24,567 nucleotides of DNA from a virus (IMGVR_UViG_3300037470_000100:1-24567), one strand, 5' to 3'; positions 9,459 through 19,273 are shown, counted from the first letter of the stretch. Program-made: numbers and translations. The notes: generated from the letters alone by a model not told the origin.

Positions 9459-9811
9459 AAGCCCGGCTCCGGTGGGAGGCCACGACCGGCAAATATGCGG
9501 CCGTGCTAGAGCGCGCGGCCGCCGCCGGCCGGAAGGTGGGGCTTCTCTCCGAGCGGCCGGGGCTCGATCACTGGCAAGCCTTCGCGTGGCGCGCATTCAA
9601 CGAGCTTCACTCGTGCCGCTCCTACGGCTTCGGCGGCGTGCCCGGGCCGATCCCGTGGACGGCAATTCGCCAATGGGCGAGCGAGCACGGCGTAACCGAT
9701 CCCGACGAGTTCGACGATCTCGTATACCTGACATTCGAGCTAGACGGCGCTTGGCGCGAGGCCGAGGCCGAGGCCGTCGAGAAGGCGGCCGACAGGACGG
9801 GGCGCGTATGA
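9455..9811 (+). CDS. Frameshift extension of the tail chaperone (gpGT analogue; full product 9054-9811)
   Basis: The -1 frame reads LKARLRWEATTGKYAAVLER... into ORF 9503-9811, which has AWRAFNELHSCR and GPIPWTAIRQWA motifs; no clear RBS of its own. Confidence 0.8.
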   Translation: MKARLRWEATTGKYAAVLERAAAAGRKVGLLSERPGLDHWQAFAWRAFNELHSCRSYGFGGVPGPIPWTAIRQWASEHGVTDPDEFDDLVYLTFELDGAWREAEAEAVEKAADRTGRV

Positions 9812-9812
9812 C

Positions 9813-11912
9813 ATGACCACCGAGAGAGTCACCCGATATGTGCGCCTCGTCGTTGACGCTAGCGGCGCCAAGTCGGGCGGCAGCGAGGTTAAGCGCAGCC
9901 TCGAAGATATCAAGCGATCCGCTCGCGAAACGGTGGCCGCCGTCGACTCCATGACGGGCGGCGCGCGCAAGTTCGGCGCCGACGCATCGCAGGCCGCGAA
10001 GAGGGCGAGCGCCTCGCTCCGCGAGGTGCAGCGCGAGGCGCGCGCCATTGGCGGCGCCTCGTCGGGCTTCCGCGATGCCGGCTCCAACGTCATTGACCTA
10101 TCGCAGCGAATGAACCTTGCGAGCGTCATGTCGGGCCGCATGGGGCACGCCGTCCAGAATGCGGGCTTTCAGGTGGGCGACTTCGCCGTGCAGGTCGCGT
10201 CGGGTGGCGGCGTCATGCGCCCCTTCATTCAGCAGGGCACGCAGCTAATCAGCATGTTCGGCCCGTGGGGCGCCGTGATCGGCGCGGCTGGCGCGATCGT
10301 CGGCGCCCTCGGTATGGCCTTTCTCGGCGCGGGCGAAGAGGCCGCGACCTTCCGCGACCGCGCCGACGATCTCAACGACGCCGTATCGAATTTGCGCGGC
10401 GCGGCCGCGACCGGCGCCGAGGGGGTGGCCGCCCTCGTCAAGCAATACGGCGAGATGGACGAGCACTTAATTTCGCTCATTCAGCACCAGACTCAGCTTA
10501 ACGTGTTACTCGCGCGCGAGGCGCTCGGCGGCGCCCTTGGCGGCATCCCCGGTGAGGCGGCGTCTCAGTTTAAGCCGAGCTTCTTGTCTGCCGCGGTGGA
10601 CTTCAACGCCCCGGGCGTGCGCTACGACGTTATGAACGAAATGCGCGATCAACTCGGGCTCACCCGAGACGCGGCAATCGAGACGTTCAACGCGATTGGG
10701 CAGCTTTCCCGGGCGGGTTCTCTCGACGAGCAAATCGCGGCCGTGAACCGGCTCGAAGGCACGCTATCGGGCGCGCTCAACGACTCGGCGAATCCCGCGC
10801 TCGTCGCCTTCGCAAATCAGGCGAACGAGGCCGCGCGCAAGGTGCGAGAATACGAGCAGGCCGTGCGCGAGGCAGGCGAGTCATCGAAGCTACTCGCGAA
10901 GCCGATCCCCGAGCTTGAGGCTCTCGCCTCGTCGGCCGGCGCCGGGCGCGGCGGCCGGGGGCGCTCGGGCGGCGCCGACCCCGCCAAAGAGGCCGAGCAA
11001 CTCGCCGCCAGCTTCGCCGCGTTGCAGGCGTCGGTGAGCCCGATCACGGCCGCCAAGCAGCAACTCGCGGCCGCGCAAGAGACGCTCACCGCCGCTGTGG
11101 CCGCCGGGCTCGCGACCGAGCAAGAGGCCGTGGCGCTCTTCGAGCGGAAGCAAGAGCTTCTCGCCGGGCAGCTTGACCCGCTGACCGCGATCAACGAGCA
11201 ACTCACGACGCAGATCGAGCTTGCCCGGCTCTCGAATGAAGAGCGGGCGATCGAGGCCGAGCTTCGCCGCATCACGCTTGACTTGCAGCAGCAGGGCGTC
11301 GATCTCACGGGCGAAGAGATCGCGCGCATCCGCGAGCAACTCGAAGAGCTACAGAAGCTCTCGGGAGCCTTTGGCGGCGGGATGCAAGAGACGCTCAACG
11401 GCGTCGGGCAGGCGTTCGGCAGTCTCGCGCAGCAGGCCGAAGCCTCGCTCGGGCGCCAGTCGGCCGCCTATAAGGCCGCCTTCGGCATCGCCAAGGCCGC
11501 CGCGATCGCGTCGGCGACAGTGGACACGGCGCAGGCCGTAACCAAGGCGCTCGCCGCCTCGCCGCCGCCCATTAGCTACGTCAACGCGGCGATTGCGGCC
11601 GCGATGGGGGCGGCTCAGATCGCACAAATCACCTCGACGGCCGTCTCGGGCTTCCAGACGGGCGGCTTCACCGGGGCGGGCGCCCCCGGCGAGGCCGCGG
11701 GCCGCGTGCACCGTGGCGAGTTCGTCGTGAACGCCCGGGCGACGCGCGCCAATCGGCGCTTGCTCGAAGACATGAACACGGGCCGCGCCGAGGGCGGCGG
11801 CGAGGCGCGGCCCGTGAAGATCGTGAACCTTCTCGACCCCTCGCTCGTCGGCGAATATCTCAATTCGCCCGAGGGCGAGCAACTGATTATGAACAAGATC
11901 AGGCGGGCGTGA
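9813..11912 (+). CDS. Tail tape measure protein
   Basis: 699 aa, Ala-rich and helical; QNAGFQVGDFAVQV..QQG.Q motif; C-terminal GFQTGGFTG...G.VHRGEFV. Confidence 0.92.
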   Translation: MTTERVTRYVRLVVDASGAKSGGSEVKRSLEDIKRSARETVAAVDSMTGGARKFGADASQAAKRASASLREVQREARAIGGASSGFRDAGSNVIDLSQRMNLASVMSGRMGHAVQNAGFQVGDFAVQVASGGGVMRPFIQQGTQLISMFGPWGAVIGAAGAIVGALGMAFLGAGEEAATFRDRADDLNDAVSNLRGAAATGAEGVAALVKQYGEMDEHLISLIQHQTQLNVLLAREALGGALGGIPGEAASQFKPSFLSAAVDFNAPGVRYDVMNEMRDQLGLTRDAAIETFNAIGQLSRAGSLDEQIAAVNRLEGTLSGALNDSANPALVAFANQANEAARKVREYEQAVREAGESSKLLAKPIPELEALASSAGAGRGGRGRSGGADPAKEAEQLAASFAALQASVSPITAAKQQLAAAQETLTAAVAAGLATEQEAVALFERKQELLAGQLDPLTAINEQLTTQIELARLSNEERAIEAELRRITLDLQQQGVDLTGEEIARIREQLEELQKLSGAFGGGMQETLNGVGQAFGSLAQQAEASLGRQSAAYKAAFGIAKAAAIASATVDTAQAVTKALAASPPPISYVNAAIAAAMGAAQIAQITSTAVSGFQTGGFTGAGAPGEAAGRVHRGEFVVNARATRANRRLLEDMNTGRAEGGGEARPVKIVNLLDPSLVGEYLNSPEGEQLIMNKIRRA

Positions 11913-13054
11913 TGGTCGCGCCCGTCTTTCACCTCGCCCCTATCGGCTCGATCGAGGGCCGCGTCGATTTCCTCTCGGGCGTGCTCGTCGCCTACTCGGC
12001 CGAGCAGCGCCTTCGCCTTCGCCTTCGCCCGCGCCTCGAATTGGGGCTCGACTTCGATCTCTTCGGCGACCGGATCGAGCAAGCCCGATTCCTCGCCCGG
12101 GCCGCCGGGGCGGGTCGCCTCGCCGTCCCCGACTGGCGCTTCTACACCTTCGCCGATCTCGTCGAGGCTCAGACCGTCGTCGCCGTCGGCGACATGGCGC
12201 CGCTTTACGCCGTGGGCGCCGACGTGATCGCCACCGACGGCGACGACGCGGTGCACGTGACGACGGTTGCCAGTAAGGCGGGCGGCGACGTAACGCTCGC
12301 CGACGCGCTCCCCGCCGACATGCCCGGCGCCTTCGTGGCGCCGCTCCTAGAGGGGGCGGTGCGCGGCGGGCTCGCGATCGACCCGCGCGGCTACGGCTAC
12401 GCGCGCGCCTCGCTAGAGTTGATCGTCGACTCCTATGTCGATCTCTCGGCCGCCTTCTCGGCCGCGCTCACCTTCGAGGGGCACGAGGTTTTCACGGCGC
12501 ACAAGTATCGCGTCGGCGAGGTGCGCGAGACGCTCTTGCGCCCCGCCGTCTTCGTGGACAACGGCACCGGTCCGATCGCCGTTGAGCCGACGCGGGAGCA
12601 CTTCGAGGGGCTCTTGTCGCTCGCCGTGGAAGACGACGAGCCGGCGGCCGTGCTCGCCCGCGAAGGCTTTTTTCACCGCTTGCGGGGCCGGGTGAAACCC
12701 TTCTTCCTCGCCACCGACACGCGCGACCTCGCGCCGCTGGCCGACCTCGGCGGCACGACAGTTTCGGCGACGGCCCGGGGCGCGGCCGCCGACTACATCG
12801 GGCGCCGCTTCCTCGTGCGCCGCAAGAGCACCTCGACCGTGACGCCCCTCGCCGTCACGGCGGCCGACGTGCTCGACGGCGTGGCGACGCTCACCGTCTC
12901 ACCCCCGCTCCCCGCGATCGCCCTCGCCGACGTGTCGATCGTGGCGGAAATGTCGCTCGTGCGCCTCGACGCCGACCGCGTGACATTCCGCTTCGACGCG
13001 GCGCGCGGCGCCGTCGCCTCGGTTACAGCCGAAAGGATCGACTATGAGCTATGA
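11909..13054 (+). CDS. Tail tip / distal tail structural protein
   Basis: GTGA overlap with the tape measure gene; EQRLRLR..PR, VDNGTG and RLDADRV motifs; synteny. Confidence 0.7.
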   Translation: MMVAPVFHLAPIGSIEGRVDFLSGVLVAYSAEQRLRLRLRPRLELGLDFDLFGDRIEQARFLARAAGAGRLAVPDWRFYTFADLVEAQTVVAVGDMAPLYAVGADVIATDGDDAVHVTTVASKAGGDVTLADALPADMPGAFVAPLLEGAVRGGLAIDPRGYGYARASLELIVDSYVDLSAAFSAALTFEGHEVFTAHKYRVGEVRETLLRPAVFVDNGTGPIAVEPTREHFEGLLSLAVEDDEPAAVLAREGFFHRLRGRVKPFFLATDTRDLAPLADLGGTTVSATARGAAADYIGRRFLVRRKSTSTVTPLAVTAADVLDGVATLTVSPPLPAIALADVSIVAEMSLVRLDADRVTFRFDAARGAVASVTAERIDYEL

Positions 13055-13865
13055 CGCGCTAGAGGCGTCGCGCGACGGCGGCGCGCCCTTCTTCCTCTAT
13101 CAGTTCACCAAGGGCGCGACGGTGACGAGCTTCACGTCGCTTATCGAGTCGATCGACGCGATGGGCGCGACCTTCGAGCCCGCCGCGATCTCGCACGGCC
13201 GCATTCTCACGGGCGGCCCGGTGAAGCGAGACACGCTCGACATAGACTTCCCGCTCTCGCACCCCTTCGCTCTGGCGCAACTCGGGATCAGCACGCCGCA
13301 GCGGACTCATGTGACGATTTGGCGCTCGCACTACGGCGACGGCGAGTTTCGCGTGATCTTCAAGGGCTCGGTGCAGGGCGCCCGGCCGGATCGCATTCGC
13401 ATTCGCCTCGTCGTCTCGACCGTCTTCTCGTCGCTCCGCAACCCCGGGCTCGGCGCTCGTATGAGCCGCACGTGCCGCCATGTGCTCTACGGCACAGCGT
13501 GCGGGCTCGTGCTCTCCGAATGGCAGGCCGACGCGACGGCAGAGGCGCACGCCGGCACCACCTACACGATCCCGCTCGCCGCCACCTTCTCGGATGTCTA
13601 CTTCGCTGGCGGCCTTCTCGACTACGATGGCGCCCTCGCCTTCATCGTGAAGCACGTCGGCGATCAGGTGACCACGCGCACCGCGCCGCCCGGGCTGGCC
13701 GACGCGATCGACGCTTCGGGCGGGCTCGGCGTGGCCGTGAAGATCGCGCCCGGGTGCGACCGCTCGCGCCCGACGTGCGAGACGAAGTTCGCGAACGAGA
13801 TCAATCACGGCGGCGCCCCCTTCATGCCGCTGAAAAACCCCTTCGGCGGCAACTCGATCGTATGA
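13044..13865 (+). CDS. Tail tip protein, DUF2163/BR0599-like (Cys cluster, gpL analogue)
   Basis: CRHVLYGTAC and PGCDRSRPTC..KF.N..N.GG.PFMP..NP motifs. Confidence 0.85.
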   Translation: MSYDALEASRDGGAPFFLYQFTKGATVTSFTSLIESIDAMGATFEPAAISHGRILTGGPVKRDTLDIDFPLSHPFALAQLGISTPQRTHVTIWRSHYGDGEFRVIFKGSVQGARPDRIRIRLVVSTVFSSLRNPGLGARMSRTCRHVLYGTACGLVLSEWQADATAEAHAGTTYTIPLAATFSDVYFAGGLLDYDGALAFIVKHVGDQVTTRTAPPGLADAIDASGGLGVAVKIAPGCDRSRPTCETKFANEINHGGAPFMPLKNPFGGNSIV

Positions 13866-13874
13866 GGTGATCCG

Positions 13875-14114
13875 ATGGCATTCCAGATAATCGCCGCCGC
13901 CGTCGCCCTCGTCGTAGGGCTAGTGCTAGGGCTCTTCCTGACGCCGAAGCCGCAGACTGGGCGCCTAGAGCCGCGCGACTTCGAGGTGCCCGTTTCGGAA
14001 GAGGGGCGCCCGATTCCGTGGGCGTTCGGCACCGTCACGATCGGCCGCCCCAACGTCCTTTGGTTTGGCGATATCAAGACCAAGGCCGTGAAGAAGAAGG
14101 GCGGGAAGAAGTGA
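13875..14114 (+). CDS. Small tail assembly protein
   Basis: GAGGTG RBS; hydrophobic N-terminus; P..EEGRPIPW.FGT...PNVLWFGD motif; ends KKKGGKK. Confidence 0.8.
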   Translation: MAFQIIAAAVALVVGLVLGLFLTPKPQTGRLEPRDFEVPVSEEGRPIPWAFGTVTIGRPNVLWFGDIKTKAVKKKGGKK

Positions 14115-14311
14115 CCCGCGTCCTGCCCCGCGACCTTCGCGCCGCGCGTATCTGTATGACCGGGGCGCGCGGCTGGTGGCCGCGACACGGTTTCGTGTGG
14201 GCTGACTTCGTGGCGAACGGGATCGAGGCCGAGAAACTAGAGGCAACGGGCGACGCGCTGGCTCTTCGCGTCGTGGAGGTTGCCCGGGAACGTGAGGCGA
14301 GGGGCGGATAA
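14111..14311 (+). CDS. Small tail-cluster protein (66 aa)
   Basis: GTG14111 overlaps the previous stop; C..GAR.WW.RHG..W.DF..NGI....L.ATGDALA motif; TAATG overlap with the next gene. Confidence 0.75.
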   Translation: MTRVLPRDLRAARICMTGARGWWPRHGFVWADFVANGIEAEKLEATGDALALRVVEVAREREARGG

Positions 14312-17300
14312 TGGGAAGCTCGAAGAAAGTCACCGTCGGATATCGCTATTTCGTGGGCGTGCATTTCCAGTTGTGCCGCGCTCTCGCCGATTACCTTTAC
14401 GGGATCGAGGTTGCCGAGCGCCCCGTGTGGCAGGGCTCGACGCCCGGGGGGCAAATCACGATCACGGCGAAAGATATCTTCGGCGGCACGAAGCGCGAGG
14501 GCGGGGTCTCCGGTGACGTTGATATCGAAATGGGCGCGCCGGATCAGGCGAAAAACGATTACCTCGCCTCGAAGATCGGCTCGGGTGTGCCCGCCCATCG
14601 CGGGATCGTCGGCGCCGTGTTGCGGCAAGTCGAAGTCGGGATGAATCCATATTTGAAGTCGTGGCGCTTCACCTTGCAGCGCATCTATAAGCGCGGCGAC
14701 GGCTCCGAGCAATGGTATCCCGAGAAGGCCGGAATCTTCACCTTCGCGAACGATCCGGGCGCGCAATTCGTCAACATTGACGCCCGGGTGCACTACGCGA
14801 ACACGTTCGCCGACGGGCTCACGCGCGGCGTGACCGTTTCGGGCTTCGACCCGTCCGACGAGTTTATCGTGACCATGCCGCCGGGGCGCACCTACTCGGC
14901 GTTTTCCTATATCGGAGAGCCAAACATCGACCCACTGGACCCAAACTCGGGATCGTCGCATCACTTCAACGTCGCGCTCGACGGCGACTCGGGCAACGTC
15001 ATAACGGTTTCATCCGACCTTTACGACGGATACGAGGCGGCGCGGCGAGCCTTCGGCGGGCTCTATCTCACGGGTGCGTCGAGCTACACCTTCTTTATCA
15101 CCGACTCCGATAGCTACAGCGGCACCGACAACTCGGGGGGGCTCTCTCTGGCGCTCGGCGCGCCGATCGGGCTCGACATGAACCCGGCGCACATTATCCG
15201 CGAGGCCCTCACCGACGCGGAGTCGGGAATGGGCGTCCCCGAGGCCGAGATCGGCGCCAGCTTCACGGCCGCCGCCGATACCTTCTTCGCCGAGGGGCTC
15301 GGGCTCTCGATCCTGTGGGAAGAGTCCGAGAAGGTCGAAGACTTCATCAAGAAGGTGCAGAGTCACGCCGACGCGCACGTTTTCGTCGATCGCCGCACAG
15401 GGAAGTGGGAGATCAAGCCCGTGCGCGACGACTACGACCCGGCAACCCTTCTCGTGCTCGACGACAGCAACATCATTTCTTGGCGCGGGATCGAGCGGCG
15501 CGACCCGGCCGACGCCGTGAATACCGTCACCGTCGATTATTTCGATCGGAAGTTGAAGCGCACCGCCTCGCGCACGGTGCACGATCTCGCCCTCATTCAA
15601 GAGACGGGCGGCGTGCGCCACGAGAATCTGAAATACGAGGGTGCGCCGAATGAGGCGATCGGGAGTCGCATCGCCTACCGCGATCTCGTGACACTCTCGT
15701 CGCCGATTGCTACCGGCGCGATCGACTGCACCCGGGCCGCCGACGCGCTCAACCCGGGCGACGTGTTCAAGCTCAACTCGGCCCGGCACGGCTTCGAAAA
15801 CGAGGTGTGCCGCGTCGTCGAGATCGAGGAACCGGGCGGCAGCGACCACGCCATCACGATCAAGTTTGCGAGCGACGTTTTCGCGCTCGGCGCCTCGCCC
15901 CTCGTCTTCGCCGGGGCGAACGAGTCGCGCCCGACCATCGAGGCGCCGTCTGCCGCCGCGCCAAGGCTCGTCGAAGAGGCGCCCTATTGGCTTCTCGTGC
16001 AGGAATACGGGCACGCCGACACCGAGGCCGAGCTTGCCGCCGACCCGGCGAGCGGCCGCCTCAACGTGGCCGCCGGTAGTTCGATCGGCGCGGCGTTCGG
16101 CGCCGAGACGTGGACTTCGGCTGATGGCGGGGCATACGAAGAGAAAGAGCCGATCACCTTCTCGCCGTCGGCGACACTGGCGGCCGCCGTGACCGCCGCC
16201 GCCGACGAGACTGTAATCTCGATCGCCGATGCGCAGGACGTGGCAGACGTTGAGATTGCCTCGATTGCCTCGATCGGGGGCGAGCTTGTGCGCGTTGACG
16301 CGGTAAGCCCGACATCGATCACTGTCGGGCGCGGGTGCCTCGATACGCATCCGCAGGCGCACGCCGCCGGGACTCCGGTGATCTTTTGGGGCGTCTCGCG
16401 TGAGGTGCTCGACGCAGCCTTCGTTGCGGGCGAGTCGGTTGACGTGAAGATGCTCACCACCACGGGACTCGGTGCGCTCGCACTAGACGCCGCCCCCATC
16501 GATGGCGTGACCCTTGACTCGCGGGCGATTAGGCCCCTGCCCGCCGGGAATTTCCGGGCCGCGAGCTTCTATGTGCCCGACCCCGAGTTTGTGACGATCG
16601 ACCCCGAAATAACGCTTTCATGGGCGCACCGCGACCGGCTGGCGCAAACCTCGCCAGTTCTCGACGATCACGCGGCGGGTGACATAGGCCCCGAGCCCGG
16701 CGTCTCGTATGTCGTGGAGGCGTTTTGGGCCGACCTCGACGCCGGAACGATTGTTGAGCCCGCCGCCGTCTCGCGGAACGTCGGCACATCGACAAGCGAC
16801 ACAGTGGCGCTTGTCGAAATGGGATCGCAGCCCGGCGAAACGAATGGGGTGGCGCTTCGGGTGCGCGCCACCCGTGACGGTTATCTCGATTTCTCGCCCC
16901 GCATGATCTATGTCGGCGCGACCGCAGAGGCGGGGGGCGGGGGTGATCCGCTGTGGGAAAGCGTCGTCTTACTCTCTCACTTCACTGGAGCCAACGGATC
17001 GACAACCTTTAGCGACGAGAGCGAGAAAGCGAACACGCTTACCGCAATTGGTAACGTGCAAGTGCAAAACGACGAGGCGTTATTCGACGGGTCGGGGGAC
17101 TACATAGAGGCATTAGATCAGCCTTACTGGCATTTCGACGGCGACTTTACGATTGAGCTTTTCGGCGTGAAGTTTGACGTGAACGAGGGGCGGATAGAGC
17201 TTATTTCGCACTACCAAGCAAGCGGCAATCAAAAGTCATGGACTCTTGAGTTCCGGGGTGACGCGACCCCCGACGATTTGATGCTCATCTACTCGACTAA

Positions 17301-18864
17301 CGGCTCGGCTGGTCTCGCCGGCCCAGCGGGCGCTTGGACCCCGACCGTGGGCCAAGCATACGACTTGTGCGTGGATCGCTCAGGCTCGACGGCGCGTGTT
17401 TATATCGACGGCGCGATGGTGGGAAGCGCCACGATCAGCGGCGCGCTTTTCAATTCTAGCGGTAAGCTCAAGATCGGGCGGGGCGCGTCAAATGGCCCCA
17501 GCGATTTTGACGGCACGATGAAAGCCGCGCGGATCACGAAGGGCGCGGCGCGCTACGCGAGTGACTCCGGCTACACGGTGCCGTCGCTCCCCCTGCCTAA
17601 CGCCCTAAGCACGAGTCTTTCGCTTTATTCCTTCTCGGCCGGATCGCGCACAGAGCACTTTGTCGATCAAAGCAACATCGCCGAAAGTAGTGGCGTTTCA
17701 TTCGGAGTGAACAGGCCGACGAAGTATGTGAGTAACCCGATCCTTGAGCCGGCCGGGGCGAACGGGGCAACGTGGGATTATGATAAATATTATGTAAGCG
17801 CGCTTTACGAGGGCGGCGTCTATAAGGTTTGGTATGGTAACATTGACGACAACGGCGCTTATGCGGGCAGCAGTTACGCGACGAGCGCGGACGGAAATGC
17901 CTTCGCGAAGCCGAATCTCGGCGCCGTCACCTACGACGGGAACACAAATAATAACATCTTCAACGCCGGTTACGACCCGACCATTATCAAGGATGGCGCC
18001 TCTTACATAATACAAATCGGCGCCGACGCCAACGGAGACTCAAACAATCAAGCCTTGATATACTCATCCCCCACGGGTTATGACGACCTTACCTTGCAAA
18101 AGACCATCACTCGCGGCACCTATTCAGAATTTCATGGACTCGTTAAGCGAGGGGATGGGAGGTGGATTTCATACTATACATACGGGCACGGCAGTAACTC
18201 ACGCTCGATCGGCGCCTATCTCTCTGACACGACCGATATAGCGGGGGGGTGGGCCGATCAGGGCACAATTCTTTCGTCGGGCGGCTCTTCGGCGCAGTTC
18301 TACTATTTCAGTGCAACCCTTATCGCGGGCGTTCTGTATGGCTTTGCGGGCCGCTACAACTCGGGCACGGGCGAGATTTCGGTTGATCTCTACACCTCGA
18401 CCGACGGGATAAACTGGACTCTCGGAAAGATCGTATGGGTTGACAACGGCCCCGACGCTTACGACGCAAAAATGATTTTCGCCAAAAGCCTAATCGACGA
18501 CGGCGCCGAGTGGCGCTTCTACTATGGCGGCTCCGTTGGGCACCACGGGCAAGCCGCGCCGAGAGATTCTCGCCTAAGCTATGCGAGCCTCGGCGCCGGG
18601 CGCTTGGGGCACGTCTACGGCCCCGGCGGGACTCTCGTGACGACCGCCTTCACTCCGTCGGCTGACCTCACCATTAACGCCGCGTCGAGCGGCGGGAGGC
18701 TAAAGGTTGAGCTACTCAACCCCGACGATACCGTGATACCCGGCTTCGCCAAGGCCGACTGCGATAACCTCGACGGCGACAGTTCGACGAAGGTTGTCAC
18801 GTGGGGCGGCGCCTCTATCCCGACGGACCAGAGCTTGAAGATAAAATTTTATCTGGACGCATGA
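14311..18864 (+). CDS. Central tail tip / host-specificity protein (1517 aa) with lectin-like insert, LamG-like domain and C-terminal beta-propeller glycoside-hydrolase-like module
   Basis: Tail core motifs KKVTVGYRY, FGG.KREGGVSG, NPYLK.W, MNPAHIIRE, RGCLDT.P..H and LSWAHRDRL. LamG-like region ~16945-17598. Propeller repeats (YKVWYG, YATSADG, LYTSTDGINW, WRFYYGG) at ~17640-18864. Confidence 0.88.
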   Translation: MGSSKKVTVGYRYFVGVHFQLCRALADYLYGIEVAERPVWQGSTPGGQITITAKDIFGGTKREGGVSGDVDIEMGAPDQAKNDYLASKIGSGVPAHRGIVGAVLRQVEVGMNPYLKSWRFTLQRIYKRGDGSEQWYPEKAGIFTFANDPGAQFVNIDARVHYANTFADGLTRGVTVSGFDPSDEFIVTMPPGRTYSAFSYIGEPNIDPLDPNSGSSHHFNVALDGDSGNVITVSSDLYDGYEAARRAFGGLYLTGASSYTFFITDSDSYSGTDNSGGLSLALGAPIGLDMNPAHIIREALTDAESGMGVPEAEIGASFTAAADTFFAEGLGLSILWEESEKVEDFIKKVQSHADAHVFVDRRTGKWEIKPVRDDYDPATLLVLDDSNIISWRGIERRDPADAVNTVTVDYFDRKLKRTASRTVHDLALIQETGGVRHENLKYEGAPNEAIGSRIAYRDLVTLSSPIATGAIDCTRAADALNPGDVFKLNSARHGFENEVCRVVEIEEPGGSDHAITIKFASDVFALGASPLVFAGANESRPTIEAPSAAAPRLVEEAPYWLLVQEYGHADTEAELAADPASGRLNVAAGSSIGAAFGAETWTSADGGAYEEKEPITFSPSATLAAAVTAAADETVISIADAQDVADVEIASIASIGGELVRVDAVSPTSITVGRGCLDTHPQAHAAGTPVIFWGVSREVLDAAFVAGESVDVKMLTTTGLGALALDAAPIDGVTLDSRAIRPLPAGNFRAASFYVPDPEFVTIDPEITLSWAHRDRLAQTSPVLDDHAAGDIGPEPGVSYVVEAFWADLDAGTIVEPAAVSRNVGTSTSDTVALVEMGSQPGETNGVALRVRATRDGYLDFSPRMIYVGATAEAGGGGDPLWESVVLLSHFTGANGSTTFSDESEKANTLTAIGNVQVQNDEALFDGSGDYIEALDQPYWHFDGDFTIELFGVKFDVNEGRIELISHYQASGNQKSWTLEFRGDATPDDLMLIYSTNGSAGLAGPAGAWTPTVGQAYDLCVDRSGSTARVYIDGAMVGSATISGALFNSSGKLKIGRGASNGPSDFDGTMKAARITKGAARYASDSGYTVPSLPLPNALSTSLSLYSFSAGSRTEHFVDQSNIAESSGVSFGVNRPTKYVSNPILEPAGANGATWDYDKYYVSALYEGGVYKVWYGNIDDNGAYAGSSYATSADGNAFAKPNLGAVTYDGNTNNNIFNAGYDPTIIKDGASYIIQIGADANGDSNNQALIYSSPTGYDDLTLQKTITRGTYSEFHGLVKRGDGRWISYYTYGHGSNSRSIGAYLSDTTDIAGGWADQGTILSSGGSSAQFYYFSATLIAGVLYGFAGRYNSGTGEISVDLYTSTDGINWTLGKIVWVDNGPDAYDAKMIFAKSLIDDGAEWRFYYGGSVGHHGQAAPRDSRLSYASLGAGRLGHVYGPGGTLVTTAFTPSADLTINAASSGGRLKVELLNPDDTVIPGFAKADCDNLDGDSSTKVVTWGGASIPTDQSLKIKFYLDA

Positions 18865-18877
18865 GGCGCGCCCCGAC

Positions 18878-19273
18878 TTGCCGAATGTGCTACCGAAGGG
18901 CCGAGTGCTCCCACTGCCCGTGGGCTGGCGCGGCGCATCTAACGGCGAGCCGCTCACCATTTTGATCGGGCAGCCGTTTGCGGACTACCTGACAGCCGAG
19001 CAAGAGCGCCGCGTGCGATCCTATATGGCGGGGGCTGGTGGAGTATACTTCCCGCACCCGCGCGAAGTCGATCCGCCAGAGGGGGCGATCGAGAGCGACT
19101 TGATTCTCGAAGATTACGTCGAGCGGCACCCGGGGCCGGTGACTCTCGTCGGCGGATACTCGACGGCGCTCATTACCACATCAGCCGCGCGGAAGATTTA
19201 CCTCGACGCCGACGGGCACGCCGAGCGACGCGTCATAATGGAGCGCGTCGGGTGCGAAGTCGTGCACATCTAG
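18878..19273 (+). pseudogene. C-terminal fragment of a GT-B sialyltransferase-like (GT52/GT80-type) protein; may be truncated or a stand-alone domain
   Basis: ILIGQPF, YFPHPRE (HP motif), ILEDY and GGYSTAL (S/T motif). Only 131 aa, TTG start, in-frame stop at 18842-18844. Confidence 0.55.

Noticed and set aside
12008-12029. (CGCCTT)n microsatellite as a phase-variation tract
   Set aside because: It is a short in-frame hexamer encoding RLRLRLR within a tail-protein motif; slippage would not shift the frame.
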